A DNA stretch of 40,698 bases from an uncultured Devosia sp. (GTDB lineage Bacteria; Pseudomonadota; Alphaproteobacteria; Rhizobiales; Devosiaceae): contig CBFGPB010000001.1 in assembly GCA_965650545.1 (NCBI GenBank), forward strand, positions 1 through 40,698, read 5' to 3'. Under the pieces are notes generated by a model that was given only the letters and a program-made list of their open reading frames with translations, had not been told where the DNA came from and did no database searches. Below are positions 36,088-40,698 of the stretch, in pieces; the stretch's first letter is position 1; the number at the start of each line of letters is the position of its first letter. The translations under genes were made by a program, and so were the position numbers.

Positions 36088-36368
36088 TGTTCTCCGCCGC
36101 CCAATCCCCCATTGTTGCCGCCCCGCGTAAGACCCTCACCGCCAGCCAGCTTGACGTGCTGCGCGAGATCGACCGGCTCGGCCGTGCCTACAAGGCGCGC
36201 AATGGCTGGATGCTGGGCGGCAGGTTCCGCAAGGCCGCGACCTGCGCGGCCTTGGTCCGCCTGGGCCTGGCGCGCGAGGAATTCCGCAATGGCAAGCACC
36301 TCCTGGTGCTGACCTATGCCGGCCGCGCCGCCGTGGCCCCGGCCGCGCCACCCCTGCGGGACGACTGA
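36087..36368 (+). CDS. Winged-helix-like hypothetical protein
   Basis: LTASQLDVLREI...ALVRLGLA...LTYAGR. Confidence 0.6.
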   Translation: MFSAAQSPIVAAPRKTLTASQLDVLREIDRLGRAYKARNGWMLGGRFRKAATCAALVRLGLAREEFRNGKHLLVLTYAGRAAVAPAAPPLRDD

Positions 36369-36616
36369 CCCTTTCGCGCGCCTCCTCCTGTCGTTGCGCA
36401 AGCACGACCAGCGAGAGGGGCGCGCGATCCGGTGGTGCCGCTTGCCCCGGCGGCACCACCGAAACCCACCCCACCGGCTCACGCTCTGGCGCCGTCCCTC
36501 GCGCCGCTGCACCTCCACCGGTGGCACCCTGATCCGGCGGAATGGCCCTGCCCATTGTTCGCCTGCGTATCCGCCGGATCGACCTTTCCAGCGCAGGAGC
36601 ACCCCGAGAGATGTTC

Positions 36617-37873
36617 ATGGGCAAGATCACCGTTCAAATCCCCCTCGTCACCTGGCGCGATGGCCGGCCCCGCTTCTCCCCGGGCCCGCGCCTGCGCAAG
36701 GCCCCGTTCAATTTCAAGGGCGAGGATCTGCGCCATGGCCGCACCGGCCCCTGGTTCACCCTCGACCAGGCCATCGCCTGGAGCCAGGAGCGGCTAAAGC
36801 TCATCGCCAGCCTCGAGGGCGCCACGCCCAAAGAGGCGCGACAGATCCGCGACGGCGCCGTTGGCGACACCAATGGCCAGCTCTTCGAGCGCTTCTTTTC
36901 CTCGCCTCGCATGAAGGGCAAGGAGGAGCGCCAGGGCAAGAAGGTCCGCGCGCCCCTGGCCGACAACACCGTCAGGAACTATCGCGGCGGCGCCAACCTG
37001 GTCGAGCGGCTGGACAATGGCCGCATCTGGCATGCGCCGGCGCTCGCCACCACGCCCCGGGTCTGGGCCGGGGTGTTTGACCGGATCGAGATCGAAAGCG
37101 GCCTTGCCAATGCCCGCAAGGCGCGCTCGGCCGTCTCGGCCATGTTCACCTGGGCGCGGGCCAATGGGCGCTTTAAGGCGCCGCACCCGATCGCAGCCAT
37201 CGAGGAGCGCCTGCCCACGCTCGAGGCGCGCGTCCGCTTCGGCTCCGTCACCGAAATCGAGCACCTGGTGCGCGCGGCCGACATGCTCGGCCGCCCGGAG
37301 ATCGGCGACGCCATCATGCTCGGCGTCTGGACCGGCCAGCGCCAGTCCGACCGGCTTGCCCTCATCGATGGGCAGGAAACCAGCGACGGCATCCTCTTCC
37401 GCCAGGACAAGAAGCGCGGCCAGCCGCTGCTGATCCCGCCCAGCCCGCAGCTGCGTGCCCGTCTGCTCGCCATCCGCATCCGCCGCAAGGACTGGCCGGT
37501 CGACTTCCGCGAAATCATCATCGACGAGCGCGCCAGGGCGCCCTTCAAGCGCGACTGGTACAACCACACCTTTGCCCGCGTCCGCGCCTTCGCCGCTACC
37601 GGCAAGGGCAAGCACGAGCTCACCGGCCGCCCGGTCGAGATCACGCCCATGCCCTCCCTAGCCGATCTGCGCGACCAGGACCTGCGCGACACCGCCGTCA
37701 CCTGGCTGGCCCTTGCCGGCTGCACCGTGCCCCAGATCGCCAGCATCACCGGGCACTCCCTGGGCACGATCGACACCGTCCTCAAACACTATCTGGGCAT
37801 GCACCCCGAGCTGGCCCGCTCGGCCATTGCCGGGCTGGTCGCCTGGTTCGAAAGCCAGGAGACAGGCAAATGA
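36617..37873 (+). CDS. int: Tyrosine integrase
   Basis: TGQRQSD (Arg), QDK (Lys), DLRDT, IASITGH, HY catalytic motifs. Confidence 0.92.
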   Translation: MGKITVQIPLVTWRDGRPRFSPGPRLRKAPFNFKGEDLRHGRTGPWFTLDQAIAWSQERLKLIASLEGATPKEARQIRDGAVGDTNGQLFERFFSSPRMKGKEERQGKKVRAPLADNTVRNYRGGANLVERLDNGRIWHAPALATTPRVWAGVFDRIEIESGLANARKARSAVSAMFTWARANGRFKAPHPIAAIEERLPTLEARVRFGSVTEIEHLVRAADMLGRPEIGDAIMLGVWTGQRQSDRLALIDGQETSDGILFRQDKKRGQPLLIPPSPQLRARLLAIRIRRKDWPVDFREIIIDERARAPFKRDWYNHTFARVRAFAATGKGKHELTGRPVEITPMPSLADLRDQDLRDTAVTWLALAGCTVPQIASITGHSLGTIDTVLKHYLGMHPELARSAIAGLVAWFESQETGK

Positions 37874-38091
37874 GCGCCCCGGAACTGGAAGGCACCACGA
37901 TCGACGTTTTCATGACCAGCGAGGAAGAGCGCATCCTCTTGAAGATGGTGCGCGCGCTCCCGCAAAGCGACGCCAGGAGCGCCCTGAAAATCGTGCTGAC
38001 CCTGGCCGCCAGCAGCATTCTCGCAAGCGAAGCCGCAACAGAGCCTTGCCTCAAAATCATAGAGGGCATGGTGCGGAAGGGGCGGCCATGA
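37870..38091 (+). CDS. Hypothetical protein
   Basis: ATGA-coupled. Confidence 0.6.
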   Translation: MSAPELEGTTIDVFMTSEEERILLKMVRALPQSDARSALKIVLTLAASSILASEAATEPCLKIIEGMVRKGRP

Positions 38092-38309
38092 CCGCCGCCG
38101 TCCTCTCCCTCACCGATCGGCTGCCGCCCGAGGCGCCGGTGCGGCGCGACCTGACGCTGCAGTTCGTGGCCTATGTCCATCTCCTCAGCGAGCTGGCGAT
38201 CAACCTGCCGCCGCCCTCCCCCTCCGAGCTCATCGATGCGCTCGTCCACGAAACCGACCCCGCCCGCCGGCAACAGCTTGCCGACGCCATCGCCAGGAGC
38301 GCACCATGA
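38088..38309 (+). CDS. Hypothetical protein
   Basis: ATGA-coupled (MTAAVLSL). Confidence 0.55.
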   Translation: MTAAVLSLTDRLPPEAPVRRDLTLQFVAYVHLLSELAINLPPPSPSELIDALVHETDPARRQQLADAIARSAP

Positions 38310-38620
38310 CCAAGCCGATTGCGCCAGCCACGCGCGACCTGATCGAGATCGCCATCGAGAAGATCGAGGACCAGATTGCCGCGCTCGATCGGGAGCACCC
38401 GGTCGACGGCCGCAGCGGCAACGACGCCTGGGACGCCTACCGCAAGGCCACTGCCGCCATGGGCTCGCGGATCCGCCACCTCATCCCCGGCTTCGTGCTT
38501 GATCCCAAATGGGACGCGGCCGTGGCGCGCTATTGTGGCATCCGGTCCACCAGCACCAGCGGCGTTCTTGGCGCTTTGCACAACTGGTGCACAGCCGCCC
38601 GCAAGAGGCTGGAAGCATGA
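38306..38620 (+). CDS. Hypothetical protein
   Basis: AGGAG RBS, GIRSTSTSG..GALHNW motif, ATGA-coupled. Confidence 0.65.
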   Translation: MTKPIAPATRDLIEIAIEKIEDQIAALDREHPVDGRSGNDAWDAYRKATAAMGSRIRHLIPGFVLDPKWDAAVARYCGIRSTSTSGVLGALHNWCTAARKRLEA

Positions 38621-38745
38621 CCCGCCGCCCCGACGACGCCGATCGGCGCATGTTCCGTCACGGCCTGTTCTGGGGCGCCGCCTTGTTCGGCGCCGCCTGC
38701 TGGCTGCTCTATCCCGTCATCACCCAGCAATGGCACCTGCTATGA
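38617..38745 (+). CDS. Small single-TM protein
   Basis: GLFWGAALFGAACWLLY; ATGA-coupled on both sides. Confidence 0.5.
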   Translation: MTRRPDDADRRMFRHGLFWGAALFGAACWLLYPVITQQWHLL

Positions 38746-39062
38746 CCCCGCCCATTCCGCACTGGTCCACCAGCAAGCGCGCCGGCGTCCTGCCGCCCCG
38801 CCTCGATGCGCTCCTAGAGGCGGCCGCCGCGGCCGGAGAAGACAACCGCGCCCTCAACTATACCGGCGCCCCCGATCGCCAGCTCTGCGGCTTTGCCGAC
38901 CCGTCCGCGCGCACGCTGCGGATCCACAGCGTTGGCACCGCCCACGCCGCCGCCCGCCGCGGCCTGGTCCAGTTCGTTGGCTCGATCGACCAGGGCAATC
39001 TGCAACTGCACATAACCGGCCTCGGCCTTAACGCCCTGGCGAAAATCAGGAGGAAGTCATGA
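38742..39062 (+). CDS. Hypothetical protein (wHTH-like C-terminus)
   Basis: AAARRGLV...ITGLGLNAL; ATGA-coupled. Confidence 0.55.
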   Translation: MTPPIPHWSTSKRAGVLPPRLDALLEAAAAAGEDNRALNYTGAPDRQLCGFADPSARTLRIHSVGTAHAAARRGLVQFVGSIDQGNLQLHITGLGLNALAKIRRKS

Positions 39063-39070
39063 CTGACAGG

Positions 39071-39469
39071 TCACTTCTTCTTGCAGGCGCCTATCTCTGG
39101 CCCGAACGCGTCCCACGCATCTTCCTGTCCGTAAAACGTGTCGAAGGGGCTCATTTCCGAAGGCCAGAGCCAATGGTCTTTTGGCACAAACTCCGCAGCC
39201 GTTTGCGCATTCAGGGCACGAATATAGTCAGCACGCACGACAGCCCTTGCCGCGTCTATTGCCCTTGTGGAGCAGCAGCCTGTTTCACACCAGTCCCACC
39301 GCCTGGTGAATTCCTCTTGCGATTTTGCCAGCGTCACGCAGGCTGGCAAGTGCGGCTGGCGCTCTGGCTGGCAAATGCCCGGCGTGTCCATCTCCACCCA
39401 GTCGAGCATCTCCAGCGCTGCTGTCGGAGACGCCATCAGCATCATGGCGCTGATCACCCAAAATCTCAT
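39071..39469 (-). CDS. Secreted Cys-rich protein (moron)
   Basis: Signal peptide MRFWVISAMMLMASPTAA, six Cys, lower GC, opposite strand. Confidence 0.65.
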   Translation of the reverse strand: MRFWVISAMMLMASPTAALEMLDWVEMDTPGICQPERQPHLPACVTLAKSQEEFTRRWDWCETGCCSTRAIDAARAVVRADYIRALNAQTAAEFVPKDHWLWPSEMSPFDTFYGQEDAWDAFGPEIGACKKK

Positions 39470-39472
39470 CTG

Positions 39473-39587
39473 TTGACACCTTCCCCAAACGCGCGCAGTC
39501 TTTCATCGCTTCGCAGAGATGTGAAGTCCGGAATGGAAGCCGGTTGCAGAGGCGCCCGACGCGCCACGCTCTCGTGAGCGCGTTTTT
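39473..39587 (+). promoter_or_regulatory. Promoter and c4-a1b1-type leader with terminator
   Basis: TTGACA-N17-CAGTCT; hairpin CTTCGCA..TGTGAAG; TGGAAG (39534) and GCAGAGG (39546) target boxes; ACGCTC-tcgt-GAGCG + TTTTT. Confidence 0.75.
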
Positions 39588-39590
39588 CTA

Positions 39591-39662
39591 TGGTCGGGCG
39601 TAGTGGGAGCGCGCAAGCGCTGCCGGTCCTCTGCCGGTCTTCCAACCCGCTACGCCTGGCCG
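39591..39662 (+). ncRNA. c4: C4-type antisense RNA (P1 c4 / P4 CI family)
   Basis: Closing stem GGTCGGGCGTAGTGGG/CCCGCTACGCCTGGCC, GCAA-loop hairpin, CCGG-TCCTCTG-CCGG hairpin, single-stranded CTTCCAA; complementary boxes both upstream and downstream. Confidence 0.85.
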
Positions 39663-39707
39663 CCCTTTTGGAAGGGGGCGGTCGGTCTCAGTTCAGAGGA
39701 TCGACCC

Positions 39708-39935
39708 ATGACCAAAGACCCATTCGACATACTCGACGACGCCATTGCCCACGCCAATGACGTGACCCGTCTCATGTCCTACCTGCAGGACGTATCCTCA
39801 ATGGAGGATCGCTGGGCTAACCGCGAGGGCGAAATGCGCCTCGTACAGGACCTCACCCGCCAGCTGCACCGCGCCCGCCGCGCCTTCGACTTCGCCTTCA
39901 AGCTGAAAGCCGCCAATGACCGGAGGGCGTCATGA
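39708..39935 (+). CDS. Small C4-regulated protein (icd/kil position)
   Basis: Its RBS (CAGAGGA) is the downstream C4 target box. Confidence 0.7.
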   Translation: MTKDPFDILDDAIAHANDVTRLMSYLQDVSSMEDRWANREGEMRLVQDLTRQLHRARRAFDFAFKLKAANDRRAS

Positions 39936-40465
39936 CCCACGGCGTTAAGTACTTTGTCTGGCGCGACGGCAGACCCCGCTGGTCTCCGGGCGCCAACACG
40001 CGTGCGAAGGGGTTCAAAGGGCAGGACCTGAAAGACGCCGACGGGGACTGGCTCACCATGCCGGAGGCCTTGAAGGCCGCTCACGATCTGAACCTGGCTG
40101 CCGGCATCATTTCAGAATTGCCGACCTTGATCGACACGCCCCATGTGTCCAGCGCCGCCGCACGCCGCAAGGGCTACGTCTACTTTGTGTTGGTCGCCGA
40201 GAGGGTGAAGATCGGCTTCACAAGCAACCCCCAGAACCGACTGGGCAACCTGCAGGTGGGGCTATACGAGACAATCGACCTTTACGTGGCTGTGCCTGGC
40301 ACCCAATGGGACGAGCACCAGGTGCACGACACGTTGGCCAGACACCGCCTGAAGGGCGAGTGGTTCGAAGCATGCCAGCCGGTCATGAACCTCCTTCTGC
40401 GGTCGGTCAAAGCCCGCCGAATTGTGCTGGGCAAGACCGCTATTCACATCGATTTCAAACGGTGA
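39932..40465 (+). CDS. Integrase-N-like domain fused to a T5orf172/GIY-YIG domain
   Basis: WRDGRPR.SPG..FKG.DL..G.W.T shared with Int; GYVYFV..VKIGFT.NP.NRL..LQ...E...H......L.GEWF. Confidence 0.8.
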   Translation: MTHGVKYFVWRDGRPRWSPGANTRAKGFKGQDLKDADGDWLTMPEALKAAHDLNLAAGIISELPTLIDTPHVSSAAARRKGYVYFVLVAERVKIGFTSNPQNRLGNLQVGLYETIDLYVAVPGTQWDEHQVHDTLARHRLKGEWFEACQPVMNLLLRSVKARRIVLGKTAIHIDFKR

Positions 40466-40488
40466 ACATTCGCAGAACCAGACGCCCT

Positions 40489-40576
40489 CGTCGCTTGTGC
40501 GACCATGCGACGGGGGTGAAACGAGAACGATTTTGTACGATGGACCCGTCGCACGCCGTCGCACGTCGCATCGCAC
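40489..40576. repeat. GTCGC(A) direct/inverted repeats, candidate integrase arm-type sites
   Basis: CGTCGCAC at 40547 and 40557, CGTCGCA at 40564, TCGCAC at 40571, inverted TGCGAC at 40498 and 40506. Confidence 0.55.
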
Positions 40577-40604
40577 AGTGCCATTTTGTTCCGGCATTCC
40601 GGGC

Positions 40605-40633
40605 TTGCAAACCACTGCCCCGCTTGCTATCTC
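40605..40633 (+). promoter_or_regulatory. Sigma70-type promoter in front of the tRNA half in attP
   Basis: TTGCAA-N17-TATCTC ending 10 nt before tRNA position 1. Confidence 0.65.
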
Positions 40634-40643
40634 GCGCTACGAT

Positions 40644-40698
40644 GGGGCTGTAGCTCAGTTGGGAGAGCGCGTCGTTCGCAATGATCGGCTCCCCTTTT
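40644..40698. repeat. Second copy of the terminal repeat (= 1-55)
   Basis: Exact match to 1-55. Confidence 0.9.

Larger units (their letters stand above)
1..40698. mobile_element. Temperate podovirus-type phage, circular/excised form
   Basis: Full set of packaging, head, tail, lysis, replication, immunity and integration genes, with attP at the junction. Confidence 0.95.

Noticed and set aside
37672-37692. Integrase inactive because HxxR reads DLRD
   Set aside because: The other catalytic residues (Arg, Lys, Arg, His, Tyr) are intact, and substitution at this His is tolerated in many tyrosine recombinases.

Overview
The window is a complete circular temperate phage genome of about 40.6 kb. 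Bases 1-55 repeat exactly at 40644-40698. The GC-rich sequence, the tRNA-Ala(CGC) target and the regulator families point to an alphaproteobacterial host, probably Hyphomicrobiales-like. The minus strand carries a T7/BPP-1-style podovirus morphogenesis module: terS, terL, portal, scaffold, major capsid, tail tubes A/B, four ejection proteins, tailspike and fibre, M15 endolysin and spanins. It also carries a P4-like TOPRIM primase plus helicase with an iteron origin, and a cluster of small regulators resembling the DNA-binding domains of CtrA, GcrA and DnaA domain IV/GafY. The plus strand carries a CI repressor whose autocleavage residues look lost, Xis, a tyrosine integrase and a C4-type antisense RNA cassette. 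The most unusual elements are: (i) a C4-controlled gene next to attP that fuses a copy of the integrase N-terminal domain to a T5orf172/GIY-YIG domain; (ii) an attP made of a promoter plus the 5' half of tRNA-Ala, able to refold as a T-armless mini-tRNA or terminator; (iii) a near-consensus chromosomal parS site at the early promoter; (iv) a recurring late-promoter motif GTTGACC-N15-YAnnnT; (v) an sRNA-like unit in the tail region. All calls come from reading the sequence and from motif recall; no searches were run.
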